A DNA stretch of 64,000 bases from an uncultured Anaerolineales bacterium (GTDB lineage Bacteria > Planctomycetota > Phycisphaerae > FEN-1346): positions 1,939-65,938 of the forward strand of contig CAYGZE010000001.1 in NCBI GenBank assembly GCA_964354185.1, read 5' to 3'. Made by a program: the position numbers and the translations under genes. Under the pieces are notes generated by a model. That model was not told the origin of the DNA and did not search any database. It was given only the letters and a program-made list of their open reading frames with translations. Of this stretch, positions 1-9,600 are shown in pieces. Positions within the stretch are counted from its first letter, which is position 1, and the number at the start of each line of letters is the position of its first letter.

Positions 1-161
1 GCACGGGCAAGAGTTACGTCATCAAGGCCGGGCCCGCGCTGGAGGTCCTGGGCGGCGGCGACCTCGGCGATTCCGGCAATGGCGCGTCGCCGGCCGCCTC
101 CGGCGGCCGGATATTCGTCAGGGGGTCCGAGGCCCTCTACTGCCTCGGGAAGAAGTGACCG
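1..161 (+). CDS. 3' end of an upstream gene (partial; C-terminal 52 codons, stop TGA 159-161); hypothetical protein
   Basis: Frame 3 reads without stops from the window edge (TGKSYVIKAGPALEVLGGGDLGDSGNGASPAASGGRIFVRGSEALYCLGKK*) with a coding-like composition. It ends 87 nt before the RBS of the next gene. Confidence 0.35.
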
Positions 162-247
162 TCCCTGCGGCCGGCGCCGCAGGGGCGCATCCTGGCGGGC
201 CGGCCGGGCGGCCGGCGTCTGCTCGTGGAGGAAAGGAGAAGCGTGCG

Positions 248-1504
248 ATGGCAAGAGGTACACGCGGGATCACGCGCCGCGCCTTTCTGGGCGGCGCCGC
301 GGCGGCGGGGCTCCTCCTCGTGCCCCGCCACGTCCTGGGCGGGCCCGGCCAGACGCCGCCCAGCGAGACGTTCGCCGTCGGCCTCGTGGGCTGCGGCGGA
401 CAGGGCGGCGAGGACGTCGACACCTACCTCCGCGGGGGCGGCGCCGCCTACAAGATGCTTGCCGTCTGCGACGTCGATCGCGGCCGCATGGAGAACGCCA
501 TGCGCAAGTTCGGCGAGACCTGCCAGGGGTACGCCGACTTCCGCCGCCTCGTCGAGCGCAAGGACCTGGATGTCGTGAGCGTGGCCACGCCGCCGCACTG
601 GCACGCCCTCATCTCCATCGCCGCCATGCAGGCCGGCAAGGACGTGCTGTGCGAGAAGCCGATGACCAAGTTCATCGCCGAGGGCCGCGCCGTCGCCAAC
701 GCCGCGAAGCGCTACGGCCGTGTCTTCCAGATCGGCACGGCCGGGCGCTTCGGCGCGCAGAAGAGCCCCCGCAGCCGCCTCATCCACAAGATCATGCGCA
801 GCGGCCTCCTGAAGGACTGCCGCGGCGTCTGGATCCATCGCGGCGGGTTCAACGTGCGCGGCTACTGCGGGCGGGTGAACCTCGCGCCCGAGCCCGTGCC
901 CGCCCACCTCGACTGGAACATGTACTGCGGCCCCGCCCCCCTGAGGTCCTTCAACGGCCACCGCTTCGGCTGGAGCCACCGCTACTACTGGGACTACGAG
1001 GGCGGGGGCCTGGCGGACCTCGGCCACCACTACATGGACCCATTTCAATGGATTTATGGCAAGGACGACACGAGCCCCGTCGAGGTCGAGGCCTACGCGC
1101 CGCCGGCCCACCCCGAGGCGTGCGGCCTGTGGGGATGGGCCGAACTCCGGTACGCCGACGGCCTCACGCTCGTCCTCGACGGCGCCGAGTGGGGCAAACC
1201 CTACGACCGCAAGGCGCCCCGGCACGTCGAGCCCGAGGACCTCGCGCCGGAAGACCTGAAGAAGGTCGAGGCCATGCCCGACCCGGAGCCGCTCCTCACG
1301 TTCCCCGAGGCGGTCCGCGCCCGCAAGCAGGCGGGCGGCCACGCCGAGGCGTCGCACCGCGTCGCCACCATCCTCCACCTCTCGAACATCGCCATCCGCA
1401 TGGGCCGCAAGATCCGCTACGACCCCGTCAAGGAACAGATCGTCGGCGACGAAGAGGCCAATCGCCTCGTCAACCAGCCGATGCGGGCGCCCTGGCACCT
1501 CTAG
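248..1504 (+). CDS. Gfo/Idh/MocA-family NAD(P)-dependent oxidoreductase with a twin-arginine (Tat) signal peptide
   Basis: ATG at 248 is preceded by GGAGGAAAGGAGAA. The N-terminus RRAFLGGAAAAGLLLVP is a Tat motif. The Rossmann segment FAVGLVGCGGQGGEDV, EKPMT and DVVSVATPPHWHALISIAAMQAGKDVLCEKP are typical of the Gfo/Idh/MocA family. The ORF track's upstream extension (155..) is Arg/Gly-rich and lacks an RBS. Confidence 0.85.
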   Translation: MARGTRGITRRAFLGGAAAAGLLLVPRHVLGGPGQTPPSETFAVGLVGCGGQGGEDVDTYLRGGGAAYKMLAVCDVDRGRMENAMRKFGETCQGYADFRRLVERKDLDVVSVATPPHWHALISIAAMQAGKDVLCEKPMTKFIAEGRAVANAAKRYGRVFQIGTAGRFGAQKSPRSRLIHKIMRSGLLKDCRGVWIHRGGFNVRGYCGRVNLAPEPVPAHLDWNMYCGPAPLRSFNGHRFGWSHRYYWDYEGGGLADLGHHYMDPFQWIYGKDDTSPVEVEAYAPPAHPEACGLWGWAELRYADGLTLVLDGAEWGKPYDRKAPRHVEPEDLAPEDLKKVEAMPDPEPLLTFPEAVRARKQAGGHAEASHRVATILHLSNIAIRMGRKIRYDPVKEQIVGDEEANRLVNQPMRAPWHL

Positions 1505-1527
1505 CCCGGGCCGCAGGATAAGGAGTC

Positions 1528-2370
1528 ATGCCCATGGCGGAAACCGACAAACTCAAGGCGCTCCTCGACGCGCTGCCCGGCCCCAACGCCCAGGGGACGT
1601 TCGCCGACCTCGACAAGGACAAGGTGGAGTGGGCGGTCCCCGAGATCGGCAAGGGCGGCGCCGCGTTCGTCGTCGGCCTCGTGGAGCGGCTGGTCGAACC
1701 CGGCAAGGGCGATGACGTGAAGGCGCACTACGCGCTGCACGCCTTGGCGGTCCACCTCTCGGGGCTCGAGGACGACAAGCCCCGGGCTGAGTTCGCCCGG
1801 ACCGTGGCGGCGCAACTCGCCGGCGACCGGCCGCCGGGCGTCAAGCAGTACCTCATCCGGCAGTTGCAGGTGGCGGGCGGGGCGGAGTCCGTCGCCGCGA
1901 TCGCCCCCTTCCTGGCCGACGAGTCCCTGTGCGAGACGGCCGCCCTGGCGCTGGCGGCCATCGGCCAGGGTGCCGCCGAGGCGCTGCGCGCGGCCCTGCC
2001 GCAGGCCCCGCCCGCCTGCCGCCTTGTGATCGTCCAGAACCTCGGCGCGGTCCGCGACGCCGCCTCCGTCGACGCCCTGCGGCAGGCCCTCGCGGATGCC
2101 GACGCGCAGGTCCGCCTGGCCGCGGCCTGGGGCCTCGCCCGTCTGGCCGACCCCGGCGCCGTCGAGCCGCTCCTCAAGGCCGCCGACGCCGAGGGATGGG
2201 AACGGTTCCGCGCGACCGAGGCCTGCCTGACGCTGGCCGAAGGGCTCCTGGCCGCCGGCAAGAAGGCCGAGGCGACGAAGGTCCTCACGCACCTGCGCGA
2301 CACGCGGACCGACCCGGCCGAGCGCCACGTCCGCGAGGCGGCCGAGCGGGCCCTGGCGGCGGGCACTTAG
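1528..2370 (+). CDS. HEAT-repeat (PBS-lyase-like) protein
   Basis: 280-aa ORF starting 24 nt after the oxidoreductase stop. It contains repeated ~30-aa units (AAxALxxIGxxxAxxxLxxxL) such as LALAAIGQGAAEALRAAL, VRLAAAWGLARLADPGAVEPLLKAA and DPAERHVREAAERALA. Confidence 0.65.
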   Translation: MPMAETDKLKALLDALPGPNAQGTFADLDKDKVEWAVPEIGKGGAAFVVGLVERLVEPGKGDDVKAHYALHALAVHLSGLEDDKPRAEFARTVAAQLAGDRPPGVKQYLIRQLQVAGGAESVAAIAPFLADESLCETAALALAAIGQGAAEALRAALPQAPPACRLVIVQNLGAVRDAASVDALRQALADADAQVRLAAAWGLARLADPGAVEPLLKAADAEGWERFRATEACLTLAEGLLAAGKKAEATKVLTHLRDTRTDPAERHVREAAERALAAGT

Positions 2371-2417
2371 GCCGCTTGCGACGCGGGGGGGCGGCCGGAC
2401 AGAGGAGGGGCGGCGCC

Positions 2418-5400
2418 ATGCCTCACAGTCTCCGCAGGAACCTACGCCGGGCCCTGGGGCTCGGTGCGGCGATCGGGCTGTGGGCGGCGGTGGTGCTGGG
2501 CCCGGGTGCCGGATGTCTCCAGGCGCCGCCGTCCGCCGGGCCGCGCGCCGAGGGAGGGCAACCGATGAACATCGTGCCGTTCGGCGAGCCGACCGCCTGG
2601 ACCGGCGAGGGCGGCTGCTGGGGCGCCGGCGTCGTGTGGGAAGACGCGCGCGACGTCTTTCGCGTCGTGGTCAGGTTCGCCGAGGGCGCCGCGCTGCCGG
2701 CCCCCGACGCGGTGCGGCTGGAGTACTGGCAATCGTCGTGGCCGGAGCGGCGGATTCCGCGCGACCGGCCGTCGGGGTCGGGCGGCTCGGGCTGGCTCGA
2801 CGTCGGCGACTGGTTCAACGGCCGCTGGATGCGGGCCGACGCGGCCTGCGCCGCCGAGGGGCGGGCCTGGACCTACACCTTCCGGCCCGTCAGCGCGATC
2901 GAGTTCCCCGCGCTGAAGGATTTCGCGGCGACGTACCGGTCGACGCTGAAACTCCGCGTCGTGTCCGACCGCCCGTTGCCGCCGGTCGCTTCGCTCGAGG
3001 CCTACACCGACTCGGTCTGGCGCGCGGCGGACCTGGAGGTCGAGTGGGGCGGGACGGCCGACCGCGAGCAGGTGTGGGACGGGCGCCTCGAGGTTTTCAA
3101 CGGTTGCGCGGAGGCGGTGCGGCCGCTGTCGTCCGAGACCAGGGCCGCCGGCGCCTCCGGCGACCTCAGGGACGGCTGGCGGTCGCGCGTCCGGGGGCGC
3201 ACCAGCGGCGTGGCCGCCCGCGTCCTCTATGCTGCGCCGCAGGCCTGCAACTCGTTCGATGTGACCGTGGTCACCGTGCGGACGGCCGAGGCGGACCGCA
3301 CGTTCTCGTTCGCCGTGGCGGACGTCGTCCGCGAGGGTCACCTGTTCCTGCCGGACTTCGGCGTCGTCGTGCGACGCGGCGGCGACCGGACCACCTGGTC
3401 GGCCGCCCAAGCGGCCTGGCGCGAGGCCCGGGGCGACCCGCGCCGGACGGACCTCTACGCGCGCGTCGCCGCGATGCCCGAGCAGACGCTCGCCCGCGCC
3501 TGGGGCGACACCCCCGCCAAGGGCCGCCACTACATCCCGCTGAGTTTCGAGGGCGGTAACCAGCACTTCGGGCTGGACGAGCGCGGCTGCGCGTGGGCCC
3601 GCTCGGGCTGCCGGTACGAGTTCGGCCTGCCGCGACGGACCGTCGACGAGCGGACGCTGGTCGACGGCTGCCTGCCCATGGTCGTCGGCGAGTGGCGGGA
3701 GGACGCCGTGCGATACCGCCAGACGGCCTTCGTGGTGCCGCTGCGGGGCGTGCCGGCGCTGGGCGGGCGGATCGCGGCCGACGAGCCGCTCGTCCTCATG
3801 GTCCGCATCGAGGTCGAGAGGGCCGGCGACCGCGATGCCGAAGCCGTGCTGCGGCTGGGCTACGCCGACGGCGACACGCGCCGGCCGATGGCCCTGCGGG
3901 CGAACCTGGGCGTCGATCCGGCCGCGCCGCCGCGTTTCTCGCCCGTGGCCCTGGCGCCCCGCGGCCGGGAGGGCCGCTGGACCCTGAGTGAGGACGGCGG
4001 CCAGGTCGCCTGCCGGGCGGCCCTCACCGGCGGCGAGCCCACCGGCACGCTCGACCTGGCTGTGCCCCAGGTCGTGCCGGGCGATGCGGCCGACCTGGAC
4101 CGGCTGCGGGCGCTGGGCTTCGACGACGCGTTCGCGGCCGTGCGCGACTACTGGCGGCGACGCTTCGACGAAGGATGCCGGGTCTCGACCCCGGAGCCGA
4201 TGATCAACGACTTCTACCGGGCCCACGCCGCCCACCTCCTCATCAACACCGAGCGCGAGCGCGGCGGCAGCGACCGCTACATGGCGCGCGTCGGCACGTT
4301 CCACTACGGCGTCTTCCCGAGCGAGTCGTGCATGATGATCGCCGATCTCGACCGGCGGGGCTACCACGACGTGGCCGAACGGGCCCTGGAGACCTTCGTG
4401 CACTACCAGGGGACGGTCGGGCTGCCGGGCGACTTCTCGGGACCGCGCGGCCAGTTCTACGGCGCGGGCGGGTACGAGATGGGCGGGTACAACCAGAGCC
4501 ACGGCTGGGTCCTCTGGTGCCTGGCGGAGCATTACGGGTACACGCGGGACGACGCGTGGCTGCGGCGCGTGGCGCCGGCGATCGTCGAGGGCTGCGACTG
4601 GGTCGCCCGGGAGCGGCGCCGAATGACGGAGCAGGCGGCCCGGGCGCCGATCCGGGCGATCGAGCGCGGCCTGCTGCCCCCCGGACGCCTGGAGGACATC
4701 GGCGACTGGCGCACCTGGATGGTTACGAATGTCTATTCCTGGTGGGGCATGAGCAACGTGGCCCGGGCCCTCCGGGCCGTCGGCCACCCCGAGGCCCCCC
4801 GCCTCCTGGCCGAGGCCGACGCCTACCACGCCGCCCTCGTGGCCGCGTGCACGGAGGCGATGCGCCGGTCGCCGGTCGTGCGCCTGCGCGACGGCCGCTG
4901 GATCCCCCACGTGCCGTCGGACCTCCACCGGCGCGGCCGCTCCTTCGGCTGGCTCACGGAGACGCTCGAAGGCGCCATTCACCTGGTCATCGCCGGGGCC
5001 GTCGAGCCCCAGGGGCGCCTCGCCACCTGGATCGTCCAGGACTACGAGGACAACCTGTACCTGTCCGAAGAGTTCGGCTATCGCCTCGCGGACGCGGACT
5101 TCGAGAGGCTCTGGTTCAGCCACGGGGGCATCTCGCAGCAGGCCAACCTTCTGAACAACCCGCTGCCGTACCTCTACCGCGACGAGCCGAAGCATTTCCT
5201 GCGGGCCTACTTCAACGCGTTCGCGGTCAGTTACTTCCCCGACACGCGGATGATGACCGAGCACGCGCTGCCGGCGATCGGCGACTGGCGCGGCGACCAC
5301 TACAAGTCGTCCGACGAGGCCAACTCGGCCTGGTGGCTCCGCCTCATGTTCGTGGCCGAGCGGGGCGACGACCTGTGGCTGGGGGCGGCCGTTCCGCGCG

Positions 5401-5699
5401 CGTGGCTGGCCGATGGGCGCACCGTCGGCATCCGCGATGCCCGGACGTACTTCGGGCCGATGTCGATGCAACTGGAGTCGGGGGCGGCCAAGGGCTGGAT
5501 CCGCATGACGCTGGTCCCGCCCACGCGGAACCCGCCGCGCTTCATCCGGGCCCGGTTCCGCCATCCGGACGGCCTGCCCATGGTCCGCTGCGAAGTCGAC
5601 GGCCGGCCGTGTGACCGGTTCGGCCCGGACCGCGACTGGGTCGAGGTGCCGGGGCGCGAAGCGCCGCGCGAGATCACCGCCTACTACGCGGCCCCGTGA
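2418..5699 (+). CDS. large secreted hypothetical protein (1093 aa), possibly an (alpha/alpha)6-barrel glycosidase-like fold
   Basis: ATG at 2418 with RBS AGAGGAGGGG. N-terminal signal peptide MPHSLRRNLRRALGLGAAIGLWAAVVLGPGAGC. Long conserved-looking coding frame with aromatic-rich segments (GGYEMGGYNQSHGWVLWCLAEHYGY, WRTWMVTNVYSWWGMSNVARAL). The track ORF 1929-5699 includes a spurious in-frame N-terminal extension that overlaps the HEAT gene. Confidence 0.65.
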   Translation: MPHSLRRNLRRALGLGAAIGLWAAVVLGPGAGCLQAPPSAGPRAEGGQPMNIVPFGEPTAWTGEGGCWGAGVVWEDARDVFRVVVRFAEGAALPAPDAVRLEYWQSSWPERRIPRDRPSGSGGSGWLDVGDWFNGRWMRADAACAAEGRAWTYTFRPVSAIEFPALKDFAATYRSTLKLRVVSDRPLPPVASLEAYTDSVWRAADLEVEWGGTADREQVWDGRLEVFNGCAEAVRPLSSETRAAGASGDLRDGWRSRVRGRTSGVAARVLYAAPQACNSFDVTVVTVRTAEADRTFSFAVADVVREGHLFLPDFGVVVRRGGDRTTWSAAQAAWREARGDPRRTDLYARVAAMPEQTLARAWGDTPAKGRHYIPLSFEGGNQHFGLDERGCAWARSGCRYEFGLPRRTVDERTLVDGCLPMVVGEWREDAVRYRQTAFVVPLRGVPALGGRIAADEPLVLMVRIEVERAGDRDAEAVLRLGYADGDTRRPMALRANLGVDPAAPPRFSPVALAPRGREGRWTLSEDGGQVACRAALTGGEPTGTLDLAVPQVVPGDAADLDRLRALGFDDAFAAVRDYWRRRFDEGCRVSTPEPMINDFYRAHAAHLLINTERERGGSDRYMARVGTFHYGVFPSESCMMIADLDRRGYHDVAERALETFVHYQGTVGLPGDFSGPRGQFYGAGGYEMGGYNQSHGWVLWCLAEHYGYTRDDAWLRRVAPAIVEGCDWVARERRRMTEQAARAPIRAIERGLLPPGRLEDIGDWRTWMVTNVYSWWGMSNVARALRAVGHPEAPRLLAEADAYHAALVAACTEAMRRSPVVRLRDGRWIPHVPSDLHRRGRSFGWLTETLEGAIHLVIAGAVEPQGRLATWIVQDYEDNLYLSEEFGYRLADADFERLWFSHGGISQQANLLNNPLPYLYRDEPKHFLRAYFNAFAVSYFPDTRMMTEHALPAIGDWRGDHYKSSDEANSAWWLRLMFVAERGDDLWLGAAVPRAWLADGRTVGIRDARTYFGPMSMQLESGAAKGWIRMTLVPPTRNPPRFIRARFRHPDGLPMVRCEVDGRPCDRFGPDRDWVEVPGREAPREITAYYAAP

Positions 5700-5799
5700 C
5701 GGCCCCGGCCGCGCGCTTTGAGGTTGCACGCCGCCCGGCCGCGCCGGTATCATACCGCGGCGTCTGTCTTCCATCTATTCACATTCGGCGAGGCAACGT

Positions 5800-7329
5800 A
5801 TGCTCGGCAAGATCCTCTCGGTCGGCGTGTTCGGCATCGACGGGTACCTGGCGGAGGTGGAGTTCGACGTCCGCGCGGGCCTGCCCGCGGTGGTGGTGGT
5901 GGGGCTGCCGGACGCGGCCGTCAAGGAATCGAAGGACCGCGTGGCGACGGCCCTGAAGAACTCCGGGTACCGGTGGCCCGACGGGCATGTGACGATCAAC
6001 CTCGCCCCCGCCGACACGAAGAAGGAGGGGGCCGCGTTCGACCTCCCCCTGGCCCTGGGGGCCCTGTCGGCCACGGGGCAGATGCTCTCGGACCGCCTGA
6101 AGGACTACGCGGCGGTGGGGGAACTGGCGCTCGACGGGTCGGTGCGGCCGGTGAAGGGCGCCCTGTCGATGGCCCTCACCGTGCGCCAGGAGGGCCTCAA
6201 GGGCCTGCTGGTGCCGGCGGCGAATGCGGCCGAGGCGGCCGTCGTCTCGGACGTCGAGGTCGTGCCCGTGACGGCCCTGGCCCAGGCCGTCGGCTTCCTG
6301 ACCGCCGACCTCGCGATCGAGCCGTGCGCGGTGGACCTGGAGGCGGTGTTCCAGGACGCGCGGCGCGACGAGGTGGACTTCGCGGACGTGCGCGGCCAGG
6401 AGCACGCGAAGCGGGCCCTGACGGTGGCCGCCGCCGGCGGGCACAACGTCCTCATGATCGGCCCCCCGGGGAGCGGGAAGACGATGCTCGCGCGGCGGCT
6501 GCCGACGATCCTCCCCCTCCTGGACCTGGAGGAGTCGCTCGAGACGACGCGCGTCTACTCGAGCGTCGGCCTGCTGGCGCCGGGGCGGTCGGTCATCGCG
6601 ACGCGGCCCTTCCGCTCGCCACATCACACGACGAGCGAGGCGGGCCTGGTGGGCGGCGGAACGTATCCCACGCCCGGCGAGGTCAGCCTGGCCCACCACG
6701 GCGTCCTCTTCCTGGACGAACTCCCGGAGTTCAACCGCCACACCCTCGAGGTCCTCCGCCAGCCGCTCGAGGACGGCCTCGTCACGATCACCCGCGCCCA
6801 GGGGAGCCTGACCTTTCCGGCGCAGATCATGCTCGTGGCGGCGCTGAACCCGTGCCCCTGCGGCTATCTTGGGGACCCCAAGCACGAGTGCCACTGCACG
6901 CCGCGCCAGGTCCAGGCCTACATGGGGAAGATCAGCGGGCCGCTCCTGGACCGCATCGACATCCACCTAGACGTGCCGGCGGTGCCGTACCGGGAACTGC
7001 GCGGCACGGGCGACGGGACGCCGAGCGCGCGCATGCGCGAGGATGTCATGCGGGCCCGCGACGCCCAGGCCGTGCGGTTTGGCGATCGGCGGCTCCTCAA
7101 CGCCCGGATGAGCCACCGCCTGGTCCGCAAGCACTGCGCGCTCGACGAGGCGGGCGAGGGCCTGCTGAAGCAGGCGATGCAGGAACTCGGCCTCTCGGCC
7201 CGCGCCCACGACAAGGTCCTGCGCGTCGCCCGGACGATCGCCGACCTGGAGGGCGCGGAGGCCGTCACGGCCACGCACGTGGCCGAGGCCGTCCAGTACC
7301 GCCGCCTGGACCGGAACCTGTTCGCGTGA
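5800..7329 (+). CDS. yifB: YifB/ComM-family Mg-chelatase-like AAA+ ATPase
   Basis: The N-terminal Lon-like domain (MLGKILSVGVFGIDGYLAEVEFDV), Walker A GPPGSGKTML, the Zn-finger-like CPCGYLGDPKHECHC and the C-terminal EGAEAVTATHVAEAVQYR are hallmarks of the family. Confidence 0.9.
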   Translation: MLGKILSVGVFGIDGYLAEVEFDVRAGLPAVVVVGLPDAAVKESKDRVATALKNSGYRWPDGHVTINLAPADTKKEGAAFDLPLALGALSATGQMLSDRLKDYAAVGELALDGSVRPVKGALSMALTVRQEGLKGLLVPAANAAEAAVVSDVEVVPVTALAQAVGFLTADLAIEPCAVDLEAVFQDARRDEVDFADVRGQEHAKRALTVAAAGGHNVLMIGPPGSGKTMLARRLPTILPLLDLEESLETTRVYSSVGLLAPGRSVIATRPFRSPHHTTSEAGLVGGGTYPTPGEVSLAHHGVLFLDELPEFNRHTLEVLRQPLEDGLVTITRAQGSLTFPAQIMLVAALNPCPCGYLGDPKHECHCTPRQVQAYMGKISGPLLDRIDIHLDVPAVPYRELRGTGDGTPSARMREDVMRARDAQAVRFGDRRLLNARMSHRLVRKHCALDEAGEGLLKQAMQELGLSARAHDKVLRVARTIADLEGAEAVTATHVAEAVQYRRLDRNLFA

Positions 7330-7417
7330 GGGGATGGCGGCGTCACGGGCGGCGGCCGCGTGGGGGCGGGCCCTGCCGGGGCCCCTCGGCATCGTGTCCG
7401 GGCGCAGAAAAAGCGGT

Positions 7418-7448
7418 CCGGAGTCGCTTCCCCCCTTGCGACTCCGGA
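7418..7448 (-). terminator. intrinsic terminator hairpin between convergent yifB and fliS (likely bidirectional)
   Basis: 11-bp perfect inverted repeat TCCGGAGTCGC-ttcccccctt-GCGACTCCGGA. On the minus strand it is followed by a T-run (plus-strand GCAGAAAAAGCGG at 7404-7416), 30 nt downstream of the fliS stop. Confidence 0.55.
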
Positions 7449-7477
7449 CGCGCTTGGCGCCGCACGCCGTGTACCGC

Positions 7478-7843
7478 TCAGCGCGTGATCGCCTTCCAGC
7501 CTTCCGCCAGGTCTTCGAGGCAGGCCAACACGTCCTGGATCCGCTTGGGATCCTTGTGGAGGTTGGCCTCGCACAGGTGGCGGTGCATGAACTGGTAGAG
7601 TTTGCGGAGGTTCTGGGCGATCTCGCCGCCGGCCTCCAGGTTGAGGCAGGCGTCCAGTTCGTCGAGGATGGCGAGGGCGCGGTTGATGTACTGCCCCTTG
7701 GCGGCGAGGTTCCCGGCCTCGAGTTCCCGCAGCGCCAGCCTGAGGAACTTGATGGCCCCTTCGTACAGGAGGACGATCAGTCCGCCTTGCGTCCGGGTCG
7801 AGACGGCGGTCTCCTGATACAGGGCGATGCGGTCCTTCATCAC
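7478..7843 (-). CDS. fliS: flagellar export chaperone FliS
   Basis: 121 aa; ALYQETAVSTRTQGGLIVLLYEGAIKFLRLA...NRALAILDEL...IAQNLRKLYQFMHRHL is a typical FliS four-helix-bundle sequence. It lies directly downstream of fliD. Confidence 0.85.
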   Translation of the reverse strand: MMKDRIALYQETAVSTRTQGGLIVLLYEGAIKFLRLALRELEAGNLAAKGQYINRALAILDELDACLNLEAGGEIAQNLRKLYQFMHRHLCEANLHKDPKRIQDVLACLEDLAEGWKAITR

Positions 7844-7862
7844 GCGAGTCCTTCCCTTCGCC

Positions 7863-9500
7863 TCACGACGTCGTGCCGAGCGCCAGGCGCTGCGCTTCCA
7901 GGAGGGCCAGGGCGCGTTCGAGCGCGGCGAACTGCTTCTGGAGCCGCGTTTCCATCCGCGCGAGCCGATCCTCCTGGCGGTCGATGTTCGCCTGGAGGCC
8001 GTCGATGGCGTCCTGGCACCGCTGCTGGGCTAGGTCGAGGGTGCCGTCGTCGGCCAGAAGGTCATCGAGGGTGTCGTAGAGCGTGCCGCCGATGCCCTGG
8101 CGGACGCGGACCACGGCCTCGACCGTCCCGGTGCCGCTGTACGTGGCGGTCACGCGCAGTTGCTTCTCCGGATGGCCGTCGGCGCCGATGACGAGGTTGC
8201 CCTGGACGGTGGTGTCGCGCCAGGCGTCCTCGCCCTCGGTCGCCAGTTTGATCTGGGCGGAGACGGCCACGCTGTCCTGGAACGTCACCCGGACGCTGTA
8301 GGCCCCCGGTTCGGTGCTACTCGTGGCACCGTAGTACTGGAGGTTGCCGGAGTCGGAGGCGCCGGTCCGATCGGCGCCGAGGAGCCTGAGGACGCCCAGG
8401 TAGTCCTCGGCCAGGGCGTCGTCGAGGACGTCCGCATCGAGTTCGAGTTTCCCATACCGGTCGATGCTCAGGCCGATCTCGCCCGCCAGGGTGAAGGGAT
8501 CGGTGCCGCCGAGGAACCCGAGGGCGCCCTGGACGAGCGGGAGGCGGGTCTGCTGGCGGACGTAGGTCACGGTCTGCTCGCCCATGAGGACGCCGCCCGT
8601 CTTGGCGGCCTGGTCGTAGGCCGTCTTCTCCTTCGCGAAGTCCACGAGGGCGTTGTACGCGTCGACGAGGGCCGTAAGCCGGTCCTTGAGCCCCGTGGTG
8701 TCGCGGGTCAGGCTGATCTGGACGGTGCCGGCCGCGTGGAGTTCCAGGGTCACGCCGTCCAGGACGTCGTCGATCGTGTTGGTGCTTCGCTCGATCCACG
8801 CGCCGGCGGGGTAGTTGTCGACGCGAAGGCGGCTGTTGCGTGCCGACTGCGACTCGGTGAAGGCGGCCTGGCGGAGGTCGACGGTGCCGCCCGTGCCGTC
8901 GAGCGTCGTCAGGACGTCGTCGATCGTGATGCCGTAGTCGGCCCCGGTGTCGTCGCCGCCGAGGACCAGGTGATAGACCTGGCCGCCGCCGGCATCGTAC
9001 TGGAGGACGCTGGCGCTCGCGCCGGGGTTTCCGCCGTCGTTGTTGATGAGGCTGGCCAGGCCGGCCAGGGTGGTCTCGGCGGTCGTCTGGATCGTCCGTG
9101 TCTGCCCGTTGTAGGTGTAGGCGAACGTGCCCGCGCCGACGAGGGTGTCGCCGGAGGCGACGCCGGCGTGGACCTCGCGTTCGGCGGCGGCCAACTGGTC
9201 GATGACGACCTCGTGCGTGCCCTCGGTGGCGCCGGTGCCGGCCTCGACGGTCACGGCGTCGTCGTTGTTCGAGTGCACCGCGTAGGCCCGCAGTTCGGAC
9301 GCGTAGCGGATGTCGGCGACGGCGGTCTTGAGGGCGTCGAGCCGGCCCTGAAGCGCGGAGAACGCGTCGGCCTTCTGCTGCCAGCGGGCCTGGCGCTGCT
9401 CGAGCACCTGGACCGGCCGGCGGGCGACCGCCAGCAGTTGGCTGATGATCGCCGACGTGTCAATACCGGTCTGGAGTCCTGGAAGAGCGATCGTGGCCAC
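7863..9500 (-). CDS. fliD: flagellar filament cap protein FliD (HAP2)
   Basis: 545 aa; N-terminal GIDTSAIISQLLAVARRPVQVLEQRQARWQQKADAFSALQGRLDALK and a C-terminal coiled coil (IDGLQANIDRQEDRLARMETRLQKQFAALERAL) match the FliD N/C domains. Order fliC-fliD-fliS. Confidence 0.85.
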   Translation of the reverse strand: MATIALPGLQTGIDTSAIISQLLAVARRPVQVLEQRQARWQQKADAFSALQGRLDALKTAVADIRYASELRAYAVHSNNDDAVTVEAGTGATEGTHEVVIDQLAAAEREVHAGVASGDTLVGAGTFAYTYNGQTRTIQTTAETTLAGLASLINNDGGNPGASASVLQYDAGGGQVYHLVLGGDDTGADYGITIDDVLTTLDGTGGTVDLRQAAFTESQSARNSRLRVDNYPAGAWIERSTNTIDDVLDGVTLELHAAGTVQISLTRDTTGLKDRLTALVDAYNALVDFAKEKTAYDQAAKTGGVLMGEQTVTYVRQQTRLPLVQGALGFLGGTDPFTLAGEIGLSIDRYGKLELDADVLDDALAEDYLGVLRLLGADRTGASDSGNLQYYGATSSTEPGAYSVRVTFQDSVAVSAQIKLATEGEDAWRDTTVQGNLVIGADGHPEKQLRVTATYSGTGTVEAVVRVRQGIGGTLYDTLDDLLADDGTLDLAQQRCQDAIDGLQANIDRQEDRLARMETRLQKQFAALERALALLEAQRLALGTTS

Positions 9501-9600
9501 GGCGTGTCTCCCGGCGCGGGTCGAGCCTAGGCGTCCGGGGAGGCGGCCCTGTCATCAGAGGAGGGGGGATGGATGTGAGGGCCGCCCCCCGGATCACTGG

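Noticed and set aside
1929-2417. In-frame N-terminal extension of the 1093-aa gene proposed by the ORF track (start at 1929)
   Set aside because: The extension overlaps the HEAT-repeat gene in another frame and is Arg/Pro/Gly low-complexity. A canonical RBS and an ATG followed by a signal peptide occur at 2418.
2442-5774. 1110-aa ORF on the minus strand, antisense to the 1093-aa secreted-protein gene (also 137-1498 minus, 1501-2328 minus and 1728-2366 minus opposite the oxidoreductase and HEAT genes)
   Set aside because: The translations are extreme low-complexity Arg/Gly/Pro/Ala strings typical of antisense frames in ~70% GC DNA. They entirely overlap genes with clear family signatures on the other strand. 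No RBS and no domain signatures.
5718-7598. 626-aa plus-strand ORF overlapping yifB in another frame, and 395-aa minus-strand ORF (5779-6966)
   Set aside because: Low-complexity Gly/Arg/Pro translation. The yifB/comM frame carries Walker A/B and Lon-like motifs, so these are frame artefacts.
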